A stretch of DNA of 45,180 nt. Origin: Stellaceae bacterium (GTDB lineage Bacteria; Pseudomonadota; Alphaproteobacteria; ATCC43930; CGMCC-115725). Positions within the stretch are counted from its first letter, which is position 1; each line of letters opens with the position of its first letter. The position numbers and the translations under genes are program-made. Location of the stretch: contig DATGFU010000038.1 in assembly GCA_035308865.1 (NCBI GenBank), positions 1 to 45,180 of the forward strand. Direction: 5' to 3'. Below the pieces are notes generated by a model. It worked only from the letters and a program-made list of their open reading frames with translations. It did no database searches and was not told where the DNA came from. Below, piece after piece: positions 1 through 9,803 of this stretch.

Positions 1-954
<954 letters not shown>

Positions 955-958
955 GTTC

Positions 959-1516
959 TCAGTTTCCTCTCATGGCAAGCTGCAGCCGCTGCAGCTTCGA
1001 GCGCAGCGAGCCGTCGACCATGCGTGATCCGACCTTGACGACGAGACCGCCGAGGATCGCCGGATCGACCCGAACCTCGACGGCGACCTTCGACCCGACC
1101 GCCCGGCGCAGCTTGTCCGTCACCGCCTCGACCTGCCCGGCGCTCAGCGACTGTGCCGCGGTGACCTCGGCCGTCACCTCGCCGCGGCGGTCGGCGAGAA
1201 TGCGGTGGAAGCCGCGGATCATGCCCGGCAGCGCGAAGAGCCGACGGTTGCGTGCGACCAGCCCGATGAAGTTGCGCGTGAGCAGCGCCAGATCCGCCTT
1301 GGCACCCAGCGCGGCCATGGCGGCCGCCTGGCGGTCGCGGCTGATCAACGGCGAGCGGATCAGGCGGACCAGGTCGGGGCTGTCGGCGATCATGCGATCC
1401 AGCGACGACAGATCCGAGGCGACCCGGTCCAACGTCTTTTGCTGGTCGGCGAGATCGAACAAGGCAGCGGCGTAACGGCCAGCCAGTCCGGATACGCCAC
1501 TCGCTTCGGATGCCAC
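959..1516 (-). CDS. atpH: F0F1 ATP synthase subunit delta (OSCP)
   Basis: The 185-aa ORF has an N-terminal [13 protein letters not shown] and a C-terminal [26 protein letters not shown], both typical of delta/OSCP. Its stop lies 4 nt upstream of the atpA start, giving the usual atpH-atpA order. Confidence 0.93.
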   Translation of the reverse strand: MASEASGVSGLAGRYAAALFDLADQQKTLDRVASDLSSLDRMIADSPDLVRLIRSPLISRDRQAAAMAALGAKADLALLTRNFIGLVARNRRLFALPGMIRGFHRILADRRGEVTAEVTAAQSLSAGQVEAVTDKLRRAVGSKVAVEVRVDPAILGGLVVKVGSRMVDGSLRSKLQRLQLAMRGN

Positions 1517-1700
1517 GTCGGTCGTACCTTACGCTTGGATAGAAGAACGCCGGACCGGCGTCCCTGACTCCGAGCCCGCTTCGAGCCACGACGAATGACG
1601 CCTGGCGGTCTAATGCCCGTCCGGAGTGCGGCGGCAATAGCACAGGGTTCTTGCGGGATGCAACGTCCCCCCAGCCGCCGCACACTCGACACATGGGGCC

Positions 1701-2180
1701 ATGCGCGGGCACCATGCCTCGGTGGGTTTGGCCCTCTTCCAGCCGGATATCGCGCCCAATGCCGGCGCCATGCTGCGTCTGGCAGCGTGCCTCGGCATCG
1801 CCGTCGACATCATCGAGCCGACGGGCTTCGTGCTCACCGATGCCCGGTTGCGCCGCGCGGGAATGGATTATCTCGATCGCGTCGAGCTCCGCCGCCATGT
1901 CTCGTGGGAGGCGTTCCAGGCGGCCCGGTCCGGCCGCGTGGTCCTGCTGACGACGCGCGGCGCGACGCTGCTCCAGCGCGCGGCCTTCGAGCCTTCGGAC
2001 GTGCTCATGGTCGGCAGCGAAACGGCGGGCGTGCCCCAGTTCGTCCATGACGCGGCGGCATTGCGCGTCCGCATCCCGATGCGGCAAGGAATGCGCTCGC
2101 TCAACGTCGCGCTGGCCGCGGCGATGGTGCTCGGCGCGGCGCTCGGCCAGACCGGGCTCTGGCCGGAAGAGGATGCATGA
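1701..2180 (+). CDS. trmL: tRNA (cytidine/uridine-2'-O-)-methyltransferase, SpoU/TrmH family (TrmL-like)
   Basis: The 159-aa ORF shows [23 protein letters not shown]...EPTGF...LRRAGMDYL...[11 protein letters not shown]...[22 protein letters not shown], matching the small SPOUT TrmL layout. The start is uncertain (ATG 1701 or the in-frame GTG near 1722). Confidence 0.85.
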   Translation: MRGHHASVGLALFQPDIAPNAGAMLRLAACLGIAVDIIEPTGFVLTDARLRRAGMDYLDRVELRRHVSWEAFQAARSGRVVLLTTRGATLLQRAAFEPSDVLMVGSETAGVPQFVHDAAALRVRIPMRQGMRSLNVALAAAMVLGAALGQTGLWPEEDA

Positions 2181-3043
2181 CCAGCCCCGAGGACGAAGAA
2201 CGCCGGGTCCGCGCCGCGCAATGGTTCGAGACGCTGCGCGACCGGCTTTGTGCGGCCTTCGAGGCGATCGAGGACGAGCATGCGGCCGCGACGGGAGGGG
2301 GACCGCCTGGCCGCTTCGAGCGGACCGCCTGGAAGCGTCCCGATCCTGCGGGCGATGGCGGCGGCGGGGTGATCTCGCTGATGCGCGGGCGCGTCTTCGA
2401 GAAGGTCGGGGTCAACGTCTCGACGGTATGGGGCGAGTTCGCGCCGGAGTTCCGCGGCCAGATCGCCGGTGCCGCCGAGGATCCGCGCTTCTGGGCAAGC
2501 GGCGTGTCGCTGGTCGCCCATATGCGGTCGCCGAAGGTGCCGGCGGCGCATATGAACACGCGCCACATCGCGACCACCGTCTCCTGGTTCGGCGGCGGCG
2601 GCGACCTCACGCCCATGGTTCCGATCGAAGCGGATACCGCGGATTTCCACGCCGCGTTCCGGGCCGCCTGCGACCGCCACGATCCCGCCTACTATCCGCG
2701 CTTCAAGGAATGGTGCGACCGCTATTTCTTCCTGCCGCACCGGAACGAGCCGCGCGGGATCGGCGGCATCTTCTTCGACCAGCACGACACCGGCGACTGG
2801 GAGCGCGACTTCGCCTTCACGCAGGATGTCGGTCTGGCCTTCCTCGACGTCTATCCGCGCCTCGTGCGCCGCCACATGCTCGAGCCCTGGACCGATGAGG
2901 AGCGCCGCCACCAGCTCGTTCGCCGCGGCCGCTACGTCGAGTTCAACCTGCTCGACGACCGCGGCACGCTGTTCGGCCTCAAGACCGGCGGCAACATCGA
3001 CGCGATCCTGATGTCGCTGCCGCCAGAGGCGGCGTGGCCCTGA
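2177..3043 (+). CDS. hemF: Oxygen-dependent coproporphyrinogen III oxidase
   Basis: The 288-aa ORF shows [27 protein letters not shown]...[25 protein letters not shown]...[10 protein letters not shown]...[19 protein letters not shown]...[35 protein letters not shown], the HemF signature blocks. It has an ATGA start/stop overlap with trmL. Confidence 0.94.
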   Translation: MTSPEDEERRVRAAQWFETLRDRLCAAFEAIEDEHAAATGGGPPGRFERTAWKRPDPAGDGGGGVISLMRGRVFEKVGVNVSTVWGEFAPEFRGQIAGAAEDPRFWASGVSLVAHMRSPKVPAAHMNTRHIATTVSWFGGGGDLTPMVPIEADTADFHAAFRAACDRHDPAYYPRFKEWCDRYFFLPHRNEPRGIGGIFFDQHDTGDWERDFAFTQDVGLAFLDVYPRLVRRHMLEPWTDEERRHQLVRRGRYVEFNLLDDRGTLFGLKTGGNIDAILMSLPPEAAWP

Positions 3044-3055
3044 TGGCCGCCGCCG

Positions 3056-4663
3056 TCAGAACTTCCGCTCGACGCTGAGCGAGAGGAAATCGCCGGCGGC
3101 GACCGGATCGATGGCGTCGTTCGGTTGAAAGGGCAGGTAGGGGACCTGGTCGCGGCCGAGATAGTGGGTGAACTCGATCCCGGCCCGCCACACCTGATCG
3201 AACCGGGCCGTGAGACCGACCGAGATGTCTCCCGTGCGGCGGGTCATCGTCGGATCGGTCTCGGAGCTGCCGATCAGGCCGTAGCCGATCCCGATCGGGA
3301 CGCTGAGATCCAGCCGCGGCACGACCTGGTAGAATTGCGGCTCGAAGACCGTGCGGAAGGCCGCCGCGAAGCGGGTCCGCCCCGGCATGATCTCCGGGGC
3401 GTTCGCCGCCGAGAGCACGTCGTTGAGCGCGATCTCTCCAGTCCAGGTGGCGCCCGCCGCGATCAGCGGTAGCGGCGGCGTCGTGTAGAGGAACGAGAGC
3501 TGGGCGTGGAAGGTGTCGCCGATCGGCTGCAGCGCCAGATCCGAACTGCCCGACGGGACGACGACCCCGGCGGTGACTAGCGGCATGCCGCGTCGCCCGG
3601 AAATCTCCGCGCCCAGATTGGCGTCGCCGAGATGGAAGGCAGCACTGGCGCCGATCGTCTCGATGCCGTCCGGATAGAGCAGGTCGTAGGTGCCGGGCGT
3701 GCCGTACCCGGGGCCGGGGATGTGAAGGAAGATCGTCGGCGTCTTCGCGGTCCAGCGCTCGCCGTAGAGCCCAAGATCGACGTCGCCCACCCGCCATCTC
3801 ACGGCGAGGCCGAATTGCCCGATGGGCGAAGGCTCCTCGGTCTGGCTCGGCGCGAATCGGAACGCGTCGGCATCGGCGTCAGCCGGCACCGCGATGAGCC
3901 GAGCGAGATCGGCGGGCGCCAGAAGGGCGTTCGGCACGTCGTACGAGCCGATCGCGCTGATCCGGCTCGCCCGATACTCGAACTGCCAGTACCCCTCGAG
4001 GCTCAGCCCACCGCCGGCCTGATAGCTCGCGGAGATTTGTCCCACAGGCAATGTTGGCAACGCCGGTTGGTAGCCGGAGATCGGCTCGAACTGCGTCGCG
4101 TCGATCGGCGCCTGGCCGGCCGCGATGCCATTCTCCGGGAAATAGATACTCTCGCCCCAGAGCAGTGAGTGCCGGCCAATCCTAAACGATAGCCTGCCGT
4201 CGCCGTCGATCGGAAACGAGCCGTGGACGAACGCGTCGAGAGGCACGAGGTCGGTGTGGCGGGTCGAGCCGGGTGGCGCCGCCACGCTCCCGACATAGCG
4301 CAGCACATAGAGATCGCTCGGTCCCAGCGCCTCGTAGAGATCGCCCAACGCGGCACGGGCGCTCGCCCTGATGCCGAAATCGCCGTCGCTGATCTCGAGC
4401 TCCGAAAGCCAGTCGAAGCGGCCCGTGGCGCTGTCCCGCGACTGGTAGACGGCACTGGCGCTGCCCGCCGGATGATAGGCGAGCGAACGCTCCTCCTGGT
4501 CGCTGCCGGTGCCGGCGACGTCATTGTCCCAGTCGAGGCGAACGCCATCGCCAAGATCGAAGGACGCAGCGCTAGCAGCGTCCGCACCCATCAGGAGCAG
4601 AATGAAACCGAGCGCCGCGTCGCGCATCGCCTCTCGACTGCGTTGCGTGGCCGGCTTCGGCAA
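3056..4663 (-). CDS. Outer-membrane beta-barrel-like protein, DUF1302-like
   Basis: The 535-aa ORF has a signal peptide (LGFILLLMGADAASAA), alternating beta-strand-like composition rich in G/Y/D, and a C-terminal LSLSVERKF ending in Phe. It neighbours a DUF1329-like gene, the usual DUF1302 partner. The family call is from recall, not from a search. Confidence 0.65.
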   Translation of the reverse strand: MPKPATQRSREAMRDAALGFILLLMGADAASAASFDLGDGVRLDWDNDVAGTGSDQEERSLAYHPAGSASAVYQSRDSATGRFDWLSELEISDGDFGIRASARAALGDLYEALGPSDLYVLRYVGSVAAPPGSTRHTDLVPLDAFVHGSFPIDGDGRLSFRIGRHSLLWGESIYFPENGIAAGQAPIDATQFEPISGYQPALPTLPVGQISASYQAGGGLSLEGYWQFEYRASRISAIGSYDVPNALLAPADLARLIAVPADADADAFRFAPSQTEEPSPIGQFGLAVRWRVGDVDLGLYGERWTAKTPTIFLHIPGPGYGTPGTYDLLYPDGIETIGASAAFHLGDANLGAEISGRRGMPLVTAGVVVPSGSSDLALQPIGDTFHAQLSFLYTTPPLPLIAAGATWTGEIALNDVLSAANAPEIMPGRTRFAAAFRTVFEPQFYQVVPRLDLSVPIGIGYGLIGSSETDPTMTRRTGDISVGLTARFDQVWRAGIEFTHYLGRDQVPYLPFQPNDAIDPVAAGDFLSLSVERKF

Positions 4664-4766
4664 GACCCCCGCCCTCTGCGATCCGGGTGCCGGCTGCCCG
4701 CCCTTCCTCCCGGCAAGCGAGACTCTGCGACGAACCTCGCGAGCCCGGCAAGCATCATGCAGGGTT

Positions 4767-4797
4767 CCCGCGCTCCGGGGGCGGTCCGGAGCGCGGG
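4767..4797 (-). terminator. GC-rich hairpin between the propeller gene and the DUF1302-like gene (possible terminator or attenuator, no U-tract)
   Basis: A perfect 12-bp stem, cccgcgctccgg (4767-4778) paired with ccggagcgcggg (4786-4797), has a 7-nt loop. It lies 14 nt downstream of the stop of the 4811..5974 CDS on the minus strand. Confidence 0.35.
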
Positions 4798-4810
4798 TTC
4801 CCGCCTCTCG

Positions 4811-5974
4811 CTACCACCCCGGCGGAGGCGGGGGAGGCGGGGGTGGCGGCGGAGGAGGTGGCGGAGGCGGGGGTGAGCCGGGCGGCGGCGGGGGCGGCGG
4901 CGGTGATGCAGCGCTGACGAAGCTCAGGCTGCCGAAGACGCCGTCCTTGAAGCCGTTGGGACCGGCCGTGAAATAGATCCTGCCGCGCCGGCCGGTGGTG
5001 CCGCCGCCGCCGGGCAGCAGCGACCACAGACCGTCGATCGCAATCGGCTTGCCGGTCTTGTCCTTGAGCGTGCCGGCCGGCGTCAGCGCTTCCGGGTCGA
5101 AGGCGTGGATGTTGCCATTGTCGAGATTGCCGACGAGGATCGTGTTGGCCAGTTCGCCCCAGCCTGCCGGAGCCGGCGCAACGCCCCACGGCCAGTCGAG
5201 CTTGACGGTGGCATCCACCCGGGCGCTCACGGTTCCATAGAGGTCGACGGCCGAGAGCGCACCCGTATCCGAGCCCGATGTCGGGAAGTAGGTGACGTAG
5301 ACCTTATGGCCCACGACCGTCAGGCCGGCCGGTGCGAGCGTCGAAGGCAGTCCGTGGTCGCGGAACGCGCCGACCAGCGTCCAGGTCGAGTCGTAGACCT
5401 CCACCAGCCCGGAGGCGAGATTGGCCGCCAGCAGATAGGTTCCGGTCTTATTGGTCAGCATCGCCGCGCCCATGTAGTTGGCGCCGCTGGCCGAATTGTC
5501 GACGGCGATGACCCCCGAGGTCTCGTTCACCGTCGGCGCCCAGCCGGAAATCGTGCCGTCATTGGTGACGAAGATGAATTGCGCCGGCGCCGAGACGCTG
5601 TTCTGCGTGACCTTGAAGCCCTGGGTCCCGTTCCAGACCTGTCCGGTCGGCGTCGACGTGCCGGTCGTCTTGCTTGCCGGCAGCGGGACGGTCACCGACA
5701 GCTGCTCGACGCCGCTCGCAGTGTAGACCGGCGAGGTGCCGGAGCCGTTCGCGGAGATCCAGAAGGCGCCGCCCGGGTCGTAGGCGGCTCCCCAGGGATT
5801 GATGAAGCTGTGGTCGATGGTCGTCGCCGACACGACGCCATCGGACACGATGTCGGTCTCGACGACGTAGCCGCCGGCCGACGCCGGGCCTGGCTGCGCC
5901 AGCAGGACGAGCAGCGCCAGCGGTGCCGTGCTCGCCCGCAGGCCGTGACCGAATCGGGAGAAGGAAACGCGCAT
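4811..5974 (-). CDS. Secreted beta-propeller-like protein (TIGR03118-like) with C-terminal polyproline tail
   Basis: The 387-aa ORF has a signal peptide (APLALLVLLAQPGPASA). The body shows INPWGAAYDPGGAFWISANGSG...FVTNDGTISGW...YVTYF...GNIHAFDP...IDGLWSL...IYFTAGPN, the pattern I associate with the TIGR03118 family. It ends AASPPPPPPPPGSPPPPPPPPPPPPPPPPPPGW. Confidence 0.7.
   Translation of the reverse strand: MRVSFSRFGHGLRASTAPLALLVLLAQPGPASAGGYVVETDIVSDGVVSATTIDHSFINPWGAAYDPGGAFWISANGSGTSPVYTASGVEQLSVTVPLPASKTTGTSTPTGQVWNGTQGFKVTQNSVSAPAQFIFVTNDGTISGWAPTVNETSGVIAVDNSASGANYMGAAMLTNKTGTYLLAANLASGLVEVYDSTWTLVGAFRDHGLPSTLAPAGLTVVGHKVYVTYFPTSGSDTGALSAVDLYGTVSARVDATVKLDWPWGVAPAPAGWGELANTILVGNLDNGNIHAFDPEALTPAGTLKDKTGKPIAIDGLWSLLPGGGGTTGRRGRIYFTAGPNGFKDGVFGSLSFVSAASPPPPPPPPGSPPPPPPPPPPPPPPPPPPGW
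4820..4903 (-). repeat. Polyproline-coding low-complexity tract (P18-S-G-P8 read from the C-terminal side); G-rich on the + strand
   Basis: Codon-by-codon reading of 4811-4906 gives stop, W, G, 18 x CCN, S, G, 8 x CCN, S. All four Pro codons (ccg, cct, ccc, cca) are mixed, so this is not a pure nucleotide repeat. Confidence 0.9.
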
Positions 5975-6116
5975 CGGGAACCCCTCGTCAAAGATGGAAC
6001 GGGAGCGTGCGGCCCCGCCGCTCCGTCGACTCTGAGACGAATTGCGCCGCAGGCTATTCCTGAGCCGATACGAATTTCTCTTGTCCGCGCAGGCGACCTA
6101 TACGAGAGGAGGAACG

Positions 6117-7478
6117 ATGCGCGACCTTCGCCGGATCCTGCTGGCCCTGACCGGGCTTATTGCCGTCCGGCCCGCGGTCGCCGCGGTCTCGTCCGAGGAG
6201 GCGGCCGCGCTGAAATCCCGCCTCACGCCGTTCGGTGCCGAGCGCGCCGGCAATGCCGCCGGAACGATCCCCGCATGGACCGGCGGCGATACCTCTCCGT
6301 TCCCCGGCTACGTACCAGGCGCGCCCAGGGCGGACCGCTTCGCCGGCGAGGCGCCGCTCTTCGCCATCACGGCCGCGAACCTCGCCGCCTATCGCGACCA
6401 CCTCCCCGAGGGCCAGCTGGCGCTTCTGGCCAAGTATCCCGACTACCGCCTCGACGTCTATCCGAGCCACCGCACGGCGGCGGCGCCGGACGCCGTCTAT
6501 GAGGCCACGTTCGGCAACGCCACCCGGACCCACGCAGCCGAATCCGGCCTCGGGCACGGGATCGCGGAGGCGGCAGGCGGCATCCCCTTCCCGATCCCGC
6601 GCAGCGGCGGCGAGGCGGTGTGGAACCACCTTCTCGCGTGGTGGGGGCCGGCCCGGTCCGACCGGCTCTCGACCTGGTTCACGGCCGCCGACGGAACGCT
6701 CGAGCTGACCCACCGCTACCGCGAGACCGTCGACTTTCCCTATTACTACGCCGGCGCCGAGCCGGGCTCCTTCGGGCCGTACTACTTCAAGCGGCGCGAG
6801 ATCACCGAGGCGCCGCCGACGCTCGCCGGGCGCGGCTATGTACAGTGGCAACCGCTCGACAGCGCCACGACCGAGCCCGAGGCATGGCAGTACCTCCCGG
6901 GCCAGCGCCGCGTCCGCAAGGCGCCGTCGCTCGCCTACGACACGCCGACGCCGGACGGCGCTGGCATCCTCAGCTTCGACGACTATTATGTGTTCAGCGG
7001 CAGCCCGGACCGCTACGCGTTCACGCTCCTCGGCAAGCGCGAGATGGTCGTGCCGTACAACAACAACCGCTTCGCCGCCCTGCCGGTCGAGAGGGTGGCC
7101 GGGCCGCATCACGTGGCGCCCGAAGCTATGCGCTACGAGCTGCACCGGGTCTGGGTGATCGATGCGGTGCTGGCCCCCGGCCAGCGCCATCTGGCACCGC
7201 ACCGCCGGCTTTACCTCGACGAGGACACCTGGTTCGCCGTGTATTGCGATGCCTGGGACGCCGATGGGAAGCTGTGGAAGTTCAGCCATGGCACGATGCT
7301 CGACCTGCCGGACCTGCCCGGCGTGGTGCTCGGCAGCGTGGTCACCTACGACATCGAGAACGGCGGCTGGATCCTGGCCTTTGCCTTCAACGGCGAGGCC
7401 GAGCAGTACAAGCTGACGCCGCCGCACCCGACCGCCGATTTCGAGCCCGAGGCGCTGGCGGCGGAAGGCGTCCGATAG
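6117..7478 (+). CDS. DUF1329 family periplasmic/outer-membrane lipoprotein-sorting-like protein
   Basis: The ATG at 6117 is preceded by gagaggagg. A signal peptide (MRDLRRILLALTGLIAVRPAVAA) is followed by LKSRLTPFGAERAGNAAGTIPAWTGG, the characteristic DUF1329 N-terminal motif, then YRLDVYPSHRT and WNH blocks. The track ORF starts at 6042, but that upstream extension has no signal peptide. Confidence 0.8.
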   Translation: MRDLRRILLALTGLIAVRPAVAAVSSEEAAALKSRLTPFGAERAGNAAGTIPAWTGGDTSPFPGYVPGAPRADRFAGEAPLFAITAANLAAYRDHLPEGQLALLAKYPDYRLDVYPSHRTAAAPDAVYEATFGNATRTHAAESGLGHGIAEAAGGIPFPIPRSGGEAVWNHLLAWWGPARSDRLSTWFTAADGTLELTHRYRETVDFPYYYAGAEPGSFGPYYFKRREITEAPPTLAGRGYVQWQPLDSATTEPEAWQYLPGQRRVRKAPSLAYDTPTPDGAGILSFDDYYVFSGSPDRYAFTLLGKREMVVPYNNNRFAALPVERVAGPHHVAPEAMRYELHRVWVIDAVLAPGQRHLAPHRRLYLDEDTWFAVYCDAWDADGKLWKFSHGTMLDLPDLPGVVLGSVVTYDIENGGWILAFAFNGEAEQYKLTPPHPTADFEPEALAAEGVR

Positions 7479-7497
7479 GCGACCGCAGCGGCGTGCG

Positions 7498-7526
7498 TTG
7501 CAAATTCGCGCCTGCGGACCTATTTC
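7498..7526 (+). promoter_or_regulatory. Sigma70-like promoter candidate for the 7560-9056 cassette
   Basis: TTGCAA (7498-7503), a 17-nt spacer, then TATTTC (7521-7526), about 34 nt upstream of the ATG at 7560. This is a pattern match only. Confidence 0.3.
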
Positions 7527-7559
7527 TCGCTTTCGTTCACTTCCCCGTGAGCCCATGCG

Positions 7560-7826
7560 ATGGCGACAAACCCGGGCCAAGCTCCGCAGCTCGATGAGGC
7601 GGCGAAGCTGGTGCTTCAGATCATTCTCGACAATACGATCGTGCGGGGCGCCAACATCATGTCGCTCGCCAGCATCAGCGACCCCAAGGTCCTCCTCAAG
7701 GCGGCCAAGGAACTGGCGGGCCAGAAGCTGATCGAGGTGAACGGGGAGCTGACGGAGGAGCGGGTGCCGCTCGCCACGTTCAGCACGCTGCCGTCCCGAA
7801 AGTTCTATCTGCGCGAACTGACATGA
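7560..7826 (+). CDS. Small hypothetical protein (88 aa), possibly winged-helix-like
   Basis: Third-position GC is strongly high across the ORF, which is typical of real coding sequence in this genome. The protein has no signal peptide or TM segment and is helical and K/E-rich (AAKLVLQIILDNTIVRGANIMSLASISDPKVLLKAAKELAGQKLIEV). I recognised no family. Confidence 0.55.
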   Translation: MATNPGQAPQLDEAAKLVLQIILDNTIVRGANIMSLASISDPKVLLKAAKELAGQKLIEVNGELTEERVPLATFSTLPSRKFYLRELT

Positions 7827-7856
7827 CGTAACCGACCGCGCCGGGGGAGGCGTGGA

Positions 7857-9056
7857 ATGGATCTGGGTGTCTCGCCCGATATCGATGCCGTCTGGTGCTA
7901 CGGCTTCGTGAGCGTACTCGGCGCCTGGGTCGGGGCGCGGCAGATCCGCGGCCGTCTTGGGGGAATCAAGGGCATCTGGTTCCAGCGGCGGGCTTGGTTC
8001 CTGTTCATCGCCTACACGGCGGTTCCGATCGTCCTGTTCTGGCTTCTCGATCGCACGGGCGCCGTGACCGACACGTCGCTCTTCGCCGCGGTGCTGATCG
8101 GGCTCGGCTACGAGCGGATCCTGAGCGGCCAGGACGATGCGTTGCGGGTGCCGGGGCCGGTCTCGTCCTTCTGGACGCCCTTCCTCGCCTATGCCGATAC
8201 GGTGACGCGTGCGGTCGCCGACCAGACGGCGCGTGATCAGACACGGCTCGACGAAGAGCTCATCGCCACGATCGCGGCAAAACCCGAGCGGTATGCGGCG
8301 CTGGAGGCTTTGGCCCTTTCCCGCGCACTCGACCGCCCCGCACTGCAGGCCCGGCTCGACCAGATTGCGGCCGGGGCCAATCCTGCGGACGAGGCGGACG
8401 CGCGTGACCGGAAGACGCGTCTGCTCTATCCATTGTTGCTGGTCATTCCCGACATCAACGACCTCATGTACCGGCGCGGCATCATCACCGGCTGGGTCTA
8501 TTGGGTCTGGGCCCGGCGGGTGAATCGGTACTCTCGATCGCTCGGGGTGGTCGCGATCCTTCTGGCCGCGCTTGTGGCTGGCGCCTGGGAGCTTTATCCG
8601 TCGCGGAACGTGGTCGCGGAGACGTACTACGTTTGGCGCCTGGGCAAGGCCAACAGCACCGAGCTCGACCGGTTTCGCGCCCGCTTGCATCTGGTCTGGC
8701 TGATGCAGGACGATCCCAGCGTCAGGACGCGCGCGACCGAGGATCTCGCACGGCTCGTCCGCCGGCCGGACTTGGCGATGGACCGGGTCGAACTCGCGTT
8801 GCAGCTGCTGCTCGAGAGCCGCGAGGTTCCCGACGGCAATACCGAAGTGCCGAAGCAGCTTGTTCAGGCGCTGCGCGCCGGCAGCGTCGACGTCCGCGAT
8901 CACGTGCAGCAGGTGCTGAAATCGCTGGCCGGGCTTTGCAAGCTGCCGGCCGACGACGCGCTGTGGCAATGGAAGCCCGCCGAGGACGAGGCGACCGGGC
9001 AGCTGGAGACCCGAATCCAGCAATGGGAAGCCTACTGGAACGGCAAGACCTGCTGA
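7857..9056 (+). CDS. Hypothetical multi-pass membrane protein with C-terminal HEAT-like repeats (399 aa)
   Basis: There is a good RBS (gggggagg 7 nt upstream of the ATG). Hydrophobic segments are AVWCYGFVSVLGAWVGA, AWFLFIAYTAVPIVLFWLL, SLFAAVLIGLGY and later SLGVVAILLAALVAGAWELY. The C-terminal part shows HEAT-like periodicity (RATEDLARLVRRPD..., ALRAGSVDVRDHVQQVLKSL). I recognised no family. Confidence 0.6.
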   Translation: MDLGVSPDIDAVWCYGFVSVLGAWVGARQIRGRLGGIKGIWFQRRAWFLFIAYTAVPIVLFWLLDRTGAVTDTSLFAAVLIGLGYERILSGQDDALRVPGPVSSFWTPFLAYADTVTRAVADQTARDQTRLDEELIATIAAKPERYAALEALALSRALDRPALQARLDQIAAGANPADEADARDRKTRLLYPLLLVIPDINDLMYRRGIITGWVYWVWARRVNRYSRSLGVVAILLAALVAGAWELYPSRNVVAETYYVWRLGKANSTELDRFRARLHLVWLMQDDPSVRTRATEDLARLVRRPDLAMDRVELALQLLLESREVPDGNTEVPKQLVQALRAGSVDVRDHVQQVLKSLAGLCKLPADDALWQWKPAEDEATGQLETRIQQWEAYWNGKTC

Positions 9057-9068
9057 CGGCGGACGGGG

Positions 9069-9803
9069 TCAGATCCCCAGTGCGTCGTACGTCATCGCCG
9101 CGAGCCTGGTCATCTCGGTGACCTTCATCTCGCCGAGCATCACGGCTTCGAGCTCGTCGGTCTTCCAGATGCAGGCCGTCAGCCCGTCACGTTTGGTGAC
9201 CTCGAACGGCCGGTCCGGCTCGCCGCTCCGCAGCTGCAGCGCAATCGTGAAGATCCGGCCCGCGGCGTCGCGGTAGCGCAGCTCGACGAACCGCCCGGAT
9301 GACGGGCCGTAGGTCGCGGCCCGCACCAGCTTCCAGCCCGCCTTCGTCAGGTCGGGCGCCTTGGCCTTGAGGCCGAGCCGCGCCTCGATTTCGGCGTTTG
9401 CCGCGACGGCAAGTCCCGGATCGTCGAGCGTGTCGACCGGTGCCAGCGATCCCGAGCGGGCCGAGATGGCGTCGGCAACCAGCCGGTCGTCGGCGACGGC
9501 CTGATACTGCCACGCCGTTCCCACCACGACGAAGGCGACGGCGGCCGCGGCTGCCATCGCGATCCAGCGCGGCCGCGGCCTCGCCGGCGCGCGGACGGCG
9601 GGAGTGCGCTCGGGCAGCGGCCAGCTCATGACCGGATCGTAGAGACGGGCGAGAGCGGCCATGTCGGCGCGGTAGAACTTGACGCGCTGGGCCAGCACGG
9701 GATCGGCGGCGAGGCGCGCCTCGATGGTGGCGGCGCGCGCGGGATCGAGCTCGCCGTCGATGAAGGCGCTGAGTTCGATATCGCTGAAAGTGTCGGCGGT
9801 CAT
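9069..9803 (-). CDS. Anti-sigma factor (single-pass, periplasmic C-terminal domain)
   Basis: Starting at the ATG 9803-9801, the protein reads MTADTFSDIELSAFIDGELDPARAATIEARLAADPVLAQRVKFYRADMAAL (anti-sigma N-terminal domain), then a TM helix (WIAMAAAAAVAFVVVGTAW). Its start overlaps the stop of the ECF sigma gene as ATGA. The longer track ORF (to 10169) overlaps the sigma gene and is rejected. Confidence 0.78.
   Translation of the reverse strand: MTADTFSDIELSAFIDGELDPARAATIEARLAADPVLAQRVKFYRADMAALARLYDPVMSWPLPERTPAVRAPARPRPRWIAMAAAAAVAFVVVGTAWQYQAVADDRLVADAISARSGSLAPVDTLDDPGLAVAANAEIEARLGLKAKAPDLTKAGWKLVRAATYGPSSGRFVELRYRDAAGRIFTIALQLRSGEPDRPFEVTKRDGLTACIWKTDELEAVMLGEMKVTEMTRLAAMTYDALGI

Noticed and set aside
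4811-4906. G-rich + strand tract as a G-quadruplex or regulatory element
   Set aside because: The tract is fully explained as CCN codons of the polyproline tail on the minus strand. A G4 role cannot be supported from sequence alone.
6054-9023. 989-aa ORF on the minus strand spanning the DUF1329 gene and the orphan cassette
   Set aside because: The protein is rich in Arg, Gly, Pro and Ala with no recognisable motifs. It lies antisense to three + strand ORFs that have signal peptides, RBSs and family motifs. This is a typical stop-free shadow frame in high-GC DNA.
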